Assembly: GCA_963662615.2 (NCBI GenBank)
Contig: CAXXSR010000001.1
Location: 96,001 to 160,000, forward strand
Source of the DNA: Dehalococcoidia bacterium
GTDB lineage: Bacteria > Chloroflexota > Dehalococcoidia > Bin125
DNA length: 64,000 bases
Reading direction: 5' to 3'
In this document: piece by piece, positions 1 through 9,980 of the stretch
Numbering within the stretch: the first letter of the stretch is position 1
Layout: each line of letters begins with the position of its first letter
Translations under genes and position numbers: made by a program
Notes under the pieces: model-generated
Seen by the model: only the letters and a program-made list of their open reading frames with translations
What the model was told of the DNA's origin: nothing
The model's database searches: none

Positions 1-1
1 A

Positions 2-400
2 TTCACTTGGGGTTTTGGGTTAAACGAATCGTATCCACGCGGGCAGTACAACGCATCGATGGCGGTGCATGAGGCGGGCAGTCGCGCTGCGTTCTGGCGC
101 CTCTACCACCAACCGAACCACAAGAAATTCCTGGAGCCGACAGTGTATGACGTGGACTTTCCGTCCGTTTGCGTCTCACAAGCTTGGTATGATGCCGACC
201 GTCGTACCCTCATTGTGTCGACGGATGCTGGACTGCCTCGCAGGGCCGGTCAGCCGAGATCATTCAAGGTGAGTCGTGTGGACGTGAACAACGTGAGCGT
301 GAGGGTAGATGATCACCTCTCGGATCAGTGGTCCATTGTCGATGGAGACGTGGAGATTGTCACCACGATTGGCGAGCACACCTACCTCATCTCTCACTAA
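2..400 (+). CDS. 3' end of a hypothetical protein that begins before the window
   Basis: Frame is open from base 2 (FTWGFGLNESYPRGQYNASM...) to TAA at 398-400; no family recognised with confidence. Confidence 0.65.
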   Translation, partial: FTWGFGLNESYPRGQYNASMAVHEAGSRAAFWRLYHQPNHKKFLEPTVYDVDFPSVCVSQAWYDADRRTLIVSTDAGLPRRAGQPRSFKVSRVDVNNVSVRVDDHLSDQWSIVDGDVEIVTTIGEHTYLISH

Positions 401-681
401 GAGGTCTTACGACCGGGATTTGTCACGGACATGCGGTGTCATGGTGTCGGCGGTGATCTGATGACACGTGGCGCACACCGCTGGAAGGGACCGGCGGGTG
501 TAGCCAAGTGCTCGCGCTGTCTATGGCGTCTCAGTTTGGGCTAGCGTGGGTGTGCGCGGAAGTCAAGGTGTGGGGCTGTTCTGGCCCAGAACTGCTGTGC
601 CGGCCCAAAACTCCATCTCCATCTAGTAGCGTGTGAGTCGACTGGCCACGGTTGGAATGTTGAGCCGTCGCAACCGCACCC

Positions 682-1425
682 CTACGGCCCCGCTACCCCC
701 TGCATTTCGTAGAACGCGGCGTTCACGACGTCCGCCGCGTGTTCCCGCATCGCCCGGTAGTACCGCGACGGGTCGCCTTGCAACACGGACCCGTGGTGGC
801 AGGCAAGAGTGTCGATTGCGAGCGGCTCGATCCGATCCAGCAGCTGATTCAAGTGCGCTTGCGACGGCAGCAGCCCGAAGAACCGCGCGCATGCCAAGAC
901 TTCGTCCGATCAATCCTCGTCGGTGAGCGGCTCCCGGTCTCCTGTCTGCATGAACAGGTCCGACGAGAAGAGCAGCCTGTCCGTCTCGTCGTACACCACC
1001 AGGCTGTCCCAGTAGTGCACCCACGGCGCCAGGATCATCCGCAGCGTCTTCCGCCCGAGGGTGAGCGTCTCGCCGTTCGCGGTCGCCCGCGGCGTCGCCG
1101 CCGTGAAGTCTCCCAACGTCACCGAAGCACCCACGGGGCTTGACACCACCTCCGCCTCCGGCGCCTCGGCCAAGAACTCGTTGAGCGACCCGCACTCGTC
1201 CATTTCGAAGTGCGGCACGATCAGGTAGCGCAGACTCGCCGGGTCCACCAATTGCGCCACGGCCTCGCGGAACAGCGGGTACATCTGCCGGAAGCCCGTC
1301 TCGACCATCGCCGGCTGGTCATCCCGGATCACGAAGCAGCCGACGCTCACCGGTGCCGGCGCGACTATGCTCATCGAGTCGGCGCGGGTCCGTTGAACAC
1401 TGCGAACGGGCGAGAGATCGAGCAT
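682..1425 (-). pseudogene. MBL-fold FprA/ODP-like protein with an in-frame TGA at 910-912
   Basis: HFEMDECGSLN, APWVHYWD and LFSSDLF motifs; ORF 682-897 (LACHHGS) continues in the same frame after the stop. Confidence 0.75.
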
Positions 1426-1487
1426 GGAGCACCGCCAGGGCGTGCGTGCCGTCGCCTCCGCTGAGTACGCCAGCATCCTTGCGGAGG

Positions 1488-1756
1488 CCGAACCAGTACC
1501 TCCTCAGGACCTTGTTTACCCGGCTTGGGGATCGGGCCGGGTGCACGCCAACCCCCACCCCTTCCGGCACACCTTCGCCACCTGGACAATCGAGAACCAC
1601 GCCCGGAAGTTGGACGTGCAGTACCTGCTGGGCCAATCGACCTCGGCGATGGTGCGGCGCTACTCGGCGACCTACGATGCGGCCAAGGCCGCGGCCGCGC
1701 ACGCAAGCTTCAGCCCCGCGGCGCGGCTCCTCCGCAATGGAGCGATCGGCTCCTGA
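1488..1756 (+). pseudogene. Tyrosine recombinase C-terminal relic 1
   Basis: HPFRHTFATW...DVQYLLGQSTSAMVRRY (box II region); frameshifted and lacking an N-terminus. Confidence 0.85.
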
Positions 1757-1934
1757 TCGGCCAAGACTCCGCCGGCGAACGCACGTTCTCCCTCCGCCGT
1801 CACGCGACGCGGGGTTCCGCCGTCTACGTCTGGGAAGGGCCCGGTGCCCACGGTCTCCATTTGCCTGAGAATGGGAGCCCGGGGCAGCTCGACGCCGGGC
1901 CTTGCGCTCTTGAGGCGGCGAGACTCCGCGGGAG

Positions 1935-1962
1935 GCCGACTCGATGTCGGATAGCTGTGTGC
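1935..1962. repeat. 42-bp palindrome family, left-half copy
   Basis: GCCGAC TCGATG TCGGAT AGCTGT directly before the RRM gene ATG. Confidence 0.55.
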
Positions 1963-1963
1963 C

Positions 1964-2551
1964 ATGAAGCTGACTCTTGCCTACGTGTCTCCGGACACGA
2001 CGGAATTCGACGTGCTCCAGCTGTGCGAGCCGTACTCGTCGGTCCGGGATGTGCAGCTGGTCGAGTCCCTCGCGGGCGGGGGTCGGATGCTGGCGATCGT
2101 CGACTTCGCGGATGACGCCGAAGCGGCCCGGGCCATCGCCGCGCTGGACGGCACGCAATTCGCCGGGCGACCGATGCGAGTGCGAGCGGTGTCCGAGACC
2201 GACGTCCGGCCGGCTTCCCGAACGCGGCAAGGCGCGGCCCCGGCTCTCCGGGCCGACGCCGGGGCCGAGAGGGCGAGGGCCGTCCACCCTCGCGGGGAAT
2301 CAAGCGGGCGCCGACGGATCGTCACGCTGCCCGCTGGGGCGGTCGCCCGGGCGGGGCTCTACGTGATCGGAACGCTCCTCCTGATGCTTGGGTTCGGCTG
2401 CCTGGGGCTGGCGCGGGGGCTGCAGGGAGCAGGGCGACAGCTCATCCGCGCCACCCGGTGGCGACACCCGCTCGTTGCCAGCGAGGCCGGACACCAGCAA
2501 GCCGACCGAGCCCCCGACGACCGACCACACCCCGACGCCACGCCTGACTGA
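1964..2551 (+). CDS. RRM RNA-binding domain protein with C-terminal hydrophobic helix
   Basis: AIVDFADDAEAARAIAALDGTQFAGRPMRV is RRM-like; later TM-like segment LYVIGTLLLMLGFGCLGLA. Confidence 0.7.
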   Translation: MKLTLAYVSPDTTEFDVLQLCEPYSSVRDVQLVESLAGGGRMLAIVDFADDAEAARAIAALDGTQFAGRPMRVRAVSETDVRPASRTRQGAAPALRADAGAERARAVHPRGESSGRRRIVTLPAGAVARAGLYVIGTLLLMLGFGCLGLARGLQGAGRQLIRATRWRHPLVASEAGHQQADRAPDDRPHPDATPD

Positions 2552-2589
2552 GTGCTCGGCGCGTGCAGCGCACGTGTGGTAGATCAGCG

Positions 2590-2618
2590 GCTTCCCAAGC
2601 AGAGGGTCGCGGGTTCGA
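2590..2618 (+). other. tRNA-Gly(CCC) 3'-half fragment, att-like site 1
   Basis: GCTTCCCAAGCAGAGGGTCGCGGGTTCGA corresponds to anticodon loop, variable loop and T arm start; no complete cloverleaf. Confidence 0.75.
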
Positions 2619-2633
2619 CTGGCGGGCGCAAAA

Positions 2634-2675
2634 CCCGAACCTCTGTGGGATAGAGCTGTCCGAGATAAAAGTTGA
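2634..2675. repeat. 42-bp palindrome copy
   Basis: CCCGAA CCTCTG TGGGAT AGAGCT GTCCGA GATAAA AGTTGA. Confidence 0.6.
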
Positions 2676-2984
2676 TTCTCGTCTGATCGAATGCTCGGGC
2701 GCGGCAGGATCTGATCCTGGAATGCGCTCACGTCACCGCAAGGCCGGCCACGGCTTCGATTGCGACGGTGCTCAGGTCCTCGGTCGCTGCGGTGGGTGAT
2801 CGGGTCCCTCCCGAGCTTCTCGAGCATTAATCCTTCGGTCAGCAGGTATCGACGACCTATCGGGAGCGGATTCACGCCGGATTGATGTGCGCTTGCCCGG
2901 CGTACTCGGTCCTTGAGGTCGGCTTCCGTCAATCTCGACACGTAGAGAGCGAACGAGTCAGATAGCGCCTGGAACGTCAAGCGC

Positions 2985-3186
2985 CTATTCGACCGCCAGG
3001 TCTGGACCACCCGGGCCGAGCTCGCGGCGGCGATCTTCGAGTGGATCGAGGGCTGGTACAACGCGCGCCGCCGGCACACCGCGATCGGCGATCTCAGCCC
3101 GATCAACTTCGAACGCGCTCGTCAGGCCGCCGAGGATGCGGCACGATCTCTACACCCGAACAGTCCTGGAAACCGGGGCAGGCTTA
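2985..3186 (+). mobile_element. IS3-family remnant (OrfB C-terminus and right end)
   Basis: Translates LFDRQVWTTRAELAAAIFEWIEGWYNARRRHTAIGDLSPINFE; ends AACCGGGGCAGGCTTA. Confidence 0.8.
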
Positions 3187-3399
3187 GGTGCTGGGGAACC
3201 CACACCTCAGCAATATTGTCCAAGATGGGCAGGTTGCTGGGATCTCATCGAGCCCAAGAGTCTCCGCGTGTTGGAGTTGCATCGGTTTGAGCCGACCTTC
3301 AATCACCAGAACGGGAGCGGTTGGGGGCTACGAGCGATGACAGGAGCGGCGAGGCGATCTGCCACAAGGGCATTCAAGCGCGTGGCGAGGAGGATACGC

Positions 3400-3684
3400 A
3401 TGGGGTTTCTGAGGCTGTTGAGCAATCGAAGAGGGGCCATACGAGCCCTCTTGGCCCTCTTAGTCGTGGTCCCGACAATCTGGGCTGCTATCGGCGGGGG
3501 GCTCTATCTGATCGTCACTGGCAATCTGTCCGAAGGCGTCGCGCTCTTCGGAGTGGCCACGGCGGCGGCCACTGCCGTGCTCGGATTTTATTTCGGGAAT
3601 CGCAGCGCGGCAGGAGTCCCAGCAGAGCAGGCTGTTGCCGTAGAAGAGACGGCTGTCCTTCCGCCGACGGAGGTAGGGCCATAA
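3400..3684 (+). CDS. Small membrane protein, holin-like
   Basis: GAGGAGG RBS, two hydrophobic helices ending VLGFYFG; TAATG overlap with the M23 gene. Confidence 0.6.
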   Translation: MGFLRLLSNRRGAIRALLALLVVVPTIWAAIGGGLYLIVTGNLSEGVALFGVATAAATAVLGFYFGNRSAAGVPAEQAVAVEETAVLPPTEVGP

Positions 3685-4094
3685 TGCTCCGCCCTGTACC
3701 ACATCAGATCATTGAGCCCTTCGGATCAATGACAGACGAGAGGCGGGCCCTTGGCCTGCCGGCGCACCGGGGCATCGACCTCGCGGCGCCCCTAGGCACC
3801 GTCGTTACTGCGCCGTTTGCCGGCGCGGCAACGACCGGCCAGGACGACGGCGTCGGCAACTTCGTCATCATCACGGGGGCGTACAGAAACGGCCGCGACC
3901 GGCTCTGGTTCAAGGCACACCTCTACCATCTCAGCAAGATCACAGTGTCAAACGGGCAGAAGGTCGAGGCGGGCATGGACGTGGGCTTCGTGGGGAACAC
4001 CGGTCGACTCATCACCGCCCCGCACCTCCACCTGGGACTGCAGCGTCTCGTCGGCGGTGGTTGGCGCTGGGTGGATCCGGAGGAGTACCTATAG
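3684..4094 (+). CDS. M23 family metallopeptidase
   Basis: HRGIDL, YHL, VGNTG and PHLH zinc motifs. Confidence 0.85.
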   Translation: MLRPVPHQIIEPFGSMTDERRALGLPAHRGIDLAAPLGTVVTAPFAGAATTGQDDGVGNFVIITGAYRNGRDRLWFKAHLYHLSKITVSNGQKVEAGMDVGFVGNTGRLITAPHLHLGLQRLVGGGWRWVDPEEYL

Positions 4095-4192
4095 CTGAAC
4101 GATCTCGCGGACTTCGACGCCGGTGGCGGCACTTTTGCCGATCCGCTGCGATGTCGTCCCACGCGGGAGCAGTAAGTAGGGGCGGCGATCGC

Positions 4193-4612
4193 ATGACCGC
4201 TGCCCACGACGCCCTGGCCGGCCTGCGCCAGTCCGCGCGTGACCCTGGCTCGCGGGCTGCGGGTGGACCGGAGGCCGCCGGCCGGGCACACGTTGTGCGT
4301 CGCCGCGAGAATCTCGGGGCGATCGCGAGTCGGTACGACACGACCGTGCGAACGCTGGTGGAGCGCAATCAGATCGCGAACCCCAACCTGATCCGCGTAG
4401 GGCAGGTGCTGTTGATCGACGCGCAGGCGGTCGGGCGGGCTGAAGAGCCGGTTGTGCCCCGCCCGACGGACCGGAGTGTCTACGTCGTCCGTCCCGGGGA
4501 CACCTTGAGCGGTGTCGCGGCACTGTTCAACACGACGGTCCAAAAGCTGTAGAGGAAGAACGGGATCCGCAACCCCAACCGCATCCGCGTGGGGCAGAAG
4601 ATCAAGGTCTGA
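4193..4612 (+). pseudogene. Two-LysM protein with in-frame TAG at 4550-4552
   Basis: LysM repeats; the second continues after the stop as RKNGIRNPNRIRVGQKIKV*. Confidence 0.75.
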
Positions 4613-4915
4613 CCAACGCTCGAACCCAGCTGGGGTTCGGGGCCTCCCGCCTTGAGAGCATGCGAGGAGTCGAGACCGCAGGTATCACAGCACGCGGTGG
4701 GGCGAGGGTCCCGCCGAACCCCCGGCGCCGGCGGCTTCCGGCGCCACGAACTGCGTGGCCTCGCGGATCGCCTTCTCGCTTGACTGCTTGCCACGCTCCG
4801 TGACAGCGTCCCCTACGACGCTGGGCGGCGTGCCCAGTCCGTCAAGCACACAGTCGTGGCTCGACCGCGGACCGAAGATCTCCTACAGGTCTTGGGAGTC
4901 CCGTTAGTTCAAAAC

Positions 4916-6916
4916 TTACCCCGGGGGATCAGTATCCAAGGGCTCAACATCAAAGGTCCCGATCGCCGGGGGTCCCTCCACATCGCGCTCGAAGATCGCG
5001 GTGACCTCCCACGTCCATCCCATCCGGCGCTCATTGATGATGAAGCCGTCAGGACTATCAAAGACGTACACCGGATCTTCGCTAACTTCTTCCCCATTAA
5101 ATAGCGCTTCTTCCATCACGACTGGAAATGAAGCGGTCGCTGACTGCACCACGAGGCGATAACGTACGGCCTGCGCACAGAGACTCCACGAAAATCTCCA
5201 GATGATTCCGTCCGTGCGATCGCGGCGACCGTTGTCCAGCACGTCGCCTCGGCTAGGAGAAAGAAGTGTCGGTGCGCAACTCCTGCCTTCGTCAACTTCT
5301 AGAACCAGGAGTGCTTTGGCCGCATCTTCCGCTTGCTCAGCTCCCATCCTGAGCACCTCAGCCTGCGCTTGGGCCGCCTCAGCCACCCCTACCGCCCGCT
5401 GGGCGTCGGACCGCGCCCTATCAGCATCTTGCCACTGCCACGCCGCGAGACCCGTGAGGACGAGGCCAATAGCCAGTCCCACCACTAAGGACGCGATGCG
5501 TCTCCGAAGTCGCCGACGCGCGACCTGCTCACGCTCTTTCAGAGCCTGGCTTGCATCGAGGAAGGACCGCTCTAGCTCATCTAGCTCTGCCGGGTGCGCT
5601 GCCGACCACGCAGTCGCTTCCGCCAGCCGTTTGCCTCGTAGTAGGGCGTCCTCGTCGCTGCCCAGCCGCTGCCACTCGCGCGCCGGCCTTGCGAGCGGGT
5701 GCGTCGCTCCCGCCCGCCTCTTGCTGTCCCATGCCTCGTTGTCGGCAAGAATGGGACCGATGCAGCGGTCGTGGCTGAGCTCGTACCAACGCGTGCCCGC
5801 CCGGTACTCCGCGCGAATCAGGTGCTGTCCTTCCAGCACGTCGATGGCGGCGTTGGAGATGCCTCCGGTGGACTCCTCATCTCGGTAGACCGTGCCGCGC
5901 GTCCCCATGGTCGTGATCAGCGTGCTCCCGAACCAGCGGCGAAGCGTCGGCTCGTCCACGCTGGATGTGCCCGTCGCCGCGCCGAGAGCATCGCGGTAGA
6001 ACGTTCGCAGCGCGCGGTCAACGTCGCCAAATTCCCGCAGGTGGCCTTCGTCGATGACGGTGGTTGCGGCCGGCAAACTGGACCAGAGCGTCACGCAGAC
6101 GACCTGCAACTGCACGGGTTCGACATACGGTCCGGTCACCGCCACGGCTTCGCCACCGGCGCTGACGGCCCGCACCTGCAGCAACTCTTGGACCAAGCGT
6201 TCGGCCACGCCTGGTGCGAAGGTGCGATCGGCATCGACGAGCGGCCCTTGGACCGCCTCGAGGGCCGCCGGCTCCCGGAGCCGCTCGAGCCGAAAGCGGG
6301 TCCGCAGCCGCTCGGGTAGCTGGCGGGCAAAAGGATCGAGTTGGGCCAGGTAATCCTCACGAATGACGAAGACAACCCGCAGCAGGGGATCGGCGGCCAG
6401 CGCCGCGGCCACCTGATCGAAGAACGCGAATTGGGCGGCGGACCCGCGATCGGTGATCAGCGTGAACAGCTCTTCGAACTGGTCGAAGATGAGCGCCCGC
6501 GGTACGAGGTGCCCCTCGTCGTCGGTACCGCGCGGACGCGCCGCCAAGAAGTCCGCCAGGGTGGTGCTCATCAGGGACTCGGGTTCCGCCTCTGGGTCGA
6601 GGTGGAGCAGGGCGTTGAAAATGTAGAGATTCGTCACGCTGGCCGGATCCACTCCCTCCGGAGCGGCGCCGAGCACTCGGGCCAAGGGGAGGACATTGAA
6701 CCCGTTCCCCTGTAGCGCGGGCGCGACGCGCACATTGAAGAGCGAAGTTTTGCCCGCGCCCGACTGGGCGTAGGCGAGGACGACTGGATGGCCCCGGATC
6801 AAGGAGACGATCTCGTTGGTTTCCCGCTCCCGCCCGAAGAAACGGGCCCGGTCCGTGGCGTTGGCTTCGAACGGGCGCGGGCCGACGTCGGGATTCTGGT
6901 CGGGGGAATCAGGCAT
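4916..6916 (-). CDS. nSTAND1-type STAND NTPase with TM helix and C-terminal beta-rich domain
   Basis: GPRPF..FFGRERE, Walker A AQSGAGKTSL, IFDQFEELFT, IREDYL, YELSHD; TM segment IASLVVGLAIGLVLTGLAAW. Confidence 0.85.
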   Translation of the reverse strand: MPDSPDQNPDVGPRPFEANATDRARFFGRERETNEIVSLIRGHPVVLAYAQSGAGKTSLFNVRVAPALQGNGFNVLPLARVLGAAPEGVDPASVTNLYIFNALLHLDPEAEPESLMSTTLADFLAARPRGTDDEGHLVPRALIFDQFEELFTLITDRGSAAQFAFFDQVAAALAADPLLRVVFVIREDYLAQLDPFARQLPERLRTRFRLERLREPAALEAVQGPLVDADRTFAPGVAERLVQELLQVRAVSAGGEAVAVTGPYVEPVQLQVVCVTLWSSLPAATTVIDEGHLREFGDVDRALRTFYRDALGAATGTSSVDEPTLRRWFGSTLITTMGTRGTVYRDEESTGGISNAAIDVLEGQHLIRAEYRAGTRWYELSHDRCIGPILADNEAWDSKRRAGATHPLARPAREWQRLGSDEDALLRGKRLAEATAWSAAHPAELDELERSFLDASQALKEREQVARRRLRRRIASLVVGLAIGLVLTGLAAWQWQDADRARSDAQRAVGVAEAAQAQAEVLRMGAEQAEDAAKALLVLEVDEGRSCAPTLLSPSRGDVLDNGRRDRTDGIIWRFSWSLCAQAVRYRLVVQSATASFPVVMEEALFNGEEVSEDPVYVFDSPDGFIINERRMGWTWEVTAIFERDVEGPPAIGTFDVEPLDTDPPG

Positions 6917-7700
6917 GGGAGAAGGCCTCCCAGCGTGCACGTAACTCCCCGGCGAACTCCCGCGCGTCGCCCCAATAAGTCCGCACCTTGATCTTCTGAA
7001 TCGTGTCGAAGTACGCGTCGAGATAGCGCTGAGCGCGTTGCCGACCGTGCTCAGACGCATCCGCCGCGGGCGGCGCCAGCTGCACGGCAATGCTCGTCAT
7101 CCCCAAGCTCGCGCCCAGCGAACCGATGAGCCCGCGGAAGAGGACGCGGATGTTCCAATCTGTAAGGCTGTAGCCCACGAACAGTAGCGACGTACCGGCC
7201 AACGCCGTGCGGATTGTGGCCGGGAGCAGGTCTTGATCGTTGGAGAGGCGCACGAGGAAATCGAGGTAATCGTCCTCGGTCAGGACCAGCGACTGCGGAA
7301 GCGCATAGTGGCCGTGAAGGTGATAGACGAGCGGGGTGGCCGGACTGGGCTCGAACCCGGACGCTAAGGCAGAAGGCTGCTCCATCTCGACGAAGCGATT
7401 CCAGTGGCAGAGTTCGCGGACCGGGTCCTTCTCTCGCGCCTTGAGGGCTTCGACCATGAAATCGTCGTAGTTCGTGGTGATATAGAGGGGGAGGTTGAGG
7501 TCGGCCAGCACGCCGTGGGGCGAGTCGGCGGCGGAAAAGTCGGGCGGCTGGACGTCGCGGAATCGGCGCTGCACGTCTTCCTTGGGAAAGAGGTCGTCTT
7601 GGTCCACGGCGAGGTATTGCGCGACCCGAGCCAGGTCCTGCGAGTCTTGGAGGGGATAGCCGTGCTCCTCCGCCCACTGGCGCGCTATTTCGCGTGGGAG
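6909..7700 (-). pseudogene. SIR2-like (SIR2_2) domain protein, 5'-truncated
   Basis: YITTNYD, HLHG, LVLTEDDY and LLFVGYSL motifs; frame continues upstream (REIARQWAEEHGYP) but the N-terminal GAG motif is missing; stop overlaps the STAND ATG. Confidence 0.8.
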
Positions 7701-8174
7701 GTCACGGTGTTCCGCTACGGCCCCTACACGCGCGATGCGGAAGTCATCCGCCTAACCGAGGCAGTGCGTGACGACTTCGCGAGCTCTGCCGTCCCTGTTG
7801 GCCCCTTCTGTTTCTTTCGCTCCGAGCAGCATGCGTTCGCAGCCGTTGTGTTGGAACGTCGAGAGGGCAATGTCGGGGTGGAATTCGACACGATCACGCT
7901 CGCCGACTCCAATCGGCAGCTCACCGATCCGCCGGCATTGGAGATGGTGTCGGTGAAGCAGACACGCGATGCGCTACGCACGGCCACGCGCGTGGAGAAC
8001 CTGTCCGGTAGGGACCGACTGGCCCACGTGCACAACCATCTTGTCGATCTCCTGTCGTATATCGAGATGCAGGAAGGGTTCAGCCTCTTCCCGGGGGAGC
8101 GCAGTCGGGCGTCGTTGGACCGGAGAGTCAGTAGCGGACTAACCACCCGCAAGACTGAGGACAGACCTCGATAG
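7701..8174 (+). pseudogene. 3' fragment of a hypothetical protein
   Basis: Protein-like frame begins at the SIR2 breakpoint. Confidence 0.45.
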
Positions 8175-8272
8175 CGAGGATTCGGCCAGCCGCCGCACAC
8201 TTCGTCCGAAGATGCGAGCGGTATCATGGTTGGCCTGGACCAGCCGGCACCGGGCCAGGAGAGGGGGAGACC

Positions 8273-8450
8273 ATGTCACTGAGAGTGGAGCGGTGGCGAT
8301 ACCTCGTCGCGGCTGTCTTGCGATCGCTGCCAGGACCTAAGCCGACGCACGCGGAGCTGCTGGGACAGATCCACGCTGAAAGCAACGGCAACCCGCACGC
8401 TGAATCGGGTGCCAGCGCAGTGGGACTCATGCAGGTCACAGAGTTGCCAC
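8273..8450 (+). pseudogene. Lytic transglycosylase (SLT) N-terminal fragment
   Basis: IHAESNGNPHAESGASAVGLMQV, after which similarity is lost. Confidence 0.7.
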
Positions 8451-8626
8451 CCGTGATCGCAAGGGGGGCCGGGAAGCCACTGTTCATGGGGCTGATGAGG
8501 TTTCAGCGCCCTACACCAGGTTCTCGACCAGGAGATCACGCCGTCCCGACGCGAGTGCGCATGATTCGTTAGCATCGGGCGGGGGATGGCCGGCGCCTAT
8601 GCGGTTGCCTCCCGAGGGGAGGAGCA

Positions 8627-9615
8627 ATGGCGCGGAAGTATCTCCTGTCGATCGACGGTGGCGGGATCCGCGGAATCATTCCCACGGTCGTGCTAGCGAA
8701 GCTCGAAGAGCAGACGGAGAAGCCCACGCGAGAGACGTTCTCGTTTCTCGCAGGCACGTCGACGGGGTCGTTGATCGCGGGTGCCTTGGCGGCGGGGATT
8801 CCCGCCAGAGACCTCTTGACCCTCTATCGCAGCAGGGGGCCAGATATATTCAGGAGCACGCCGATCCTCGGGCAGATCCGCCGGTTCGTCGCTGGCTGGC
8901 AGTACAGCACGGACACGCTGTACGCCGTCGCGCGCGAGGCCCTCGGCCCCGCGCCGAACATTGAGCTCAACGACCTACCGGTCGATGTCTTCATCACGTC
9001 GAAGCGGGTGGCGGACGGATCGGCCTGGTATCTGGTGAAGGACAAGGATCCGGCGGGGCAGTTCAAGGGCAACTCGCGGCGAACAGGCGGGCTGCGTCTA
9101 GCGGAGTGCGTGACGGCATCGTCGGCCGCGCCTACCTACCACAAGCCGTGGACGATCCAGCACGACCCCCTCGCCGACGACGGACGAGCTCCGATCGGCG
9201 CGTTGGTGGATGGGGGCGTCGGCATCGCGCGAAACCCAGTGCTGGAAGCCTGCTTCGAGGCCTTCCACTTCACTGGTGACTACGACGAGGCTGAGACGAC
9301 CATCGTGTCGTTAGGAACCGGTTGGGCAGAGAGCCAGAAGCGCACCGGCCCGGGTGGATTCTGGAGTGGCTGACTTGGGTGTTGGGCGAGGCTCTCAGCG
9401 AGCCTGCCGAGCAGCAGACTCGCATGGTGCCACATACGTTTGAGAGGGCGACCTTCTACCGCATCGACTACCAGATGCAACGATCGATCGGTCCGGACAA
9501 GGTGAAAGAGATCGAAACGCTCGTCGGCTACGGCGAACAGCTCGCCAACCAGGTCGACTGGAAGGACATCCTGGCCGGGAAGGAGACCGTTCACTTCGTC
9601 TCCGCGCCGAAGTGA
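8627..9615 (+). pseudogene. Patatin-like phospholipase with a frameshift near 9355
   Basis: DGGGIRG, GTSTG, SSAAPTY and DGG motifs; C-terminus continues in ORF 9322-9615. Confidence 0.8.
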
Positions 9616-9980
9616 AGGTTGAGCGCGGCAGCATCGGCCTTGTATCGCGCCCTAGTGGCCCTCGCGCCGGCGTTCGGCCTGAAATCTGCGGCATGGTCAC
9701 TTCACAACTGTCCAGGCTAAGTGTCGAGATTCCAGCCTGCATTGACCAGACGGGTGCATGCCAGGTGGCTACGAGCACAGTAATGATCGAGATACGACAC
9801 TGCAGACATGTAATCGCTGTACTGGCTCACCGGCGCGCTTCATCGTCGAAGGCGCAAGGGGCTTCACTAGCCGTATCACGCTAGTACGAGACCGCACTCG
9901 CGCATCTCGATCAGTGCTCTACGAGTTCCGCACCAGGCGGGTATGCGCTGCGCAACGTCAGCTCTCTGCGGAGGGGAACC

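Noticed and set aside
2555-2640. Functional tRNA-Gly gene
   Set aside because: The anticodon stem is mismatched, and the 3' T-stem strand and acceptor stem are absent.
2790-2985. Minus-strand protein-like fragment next to the IS3 remnant
   Set aside because: Too short to assign a family.
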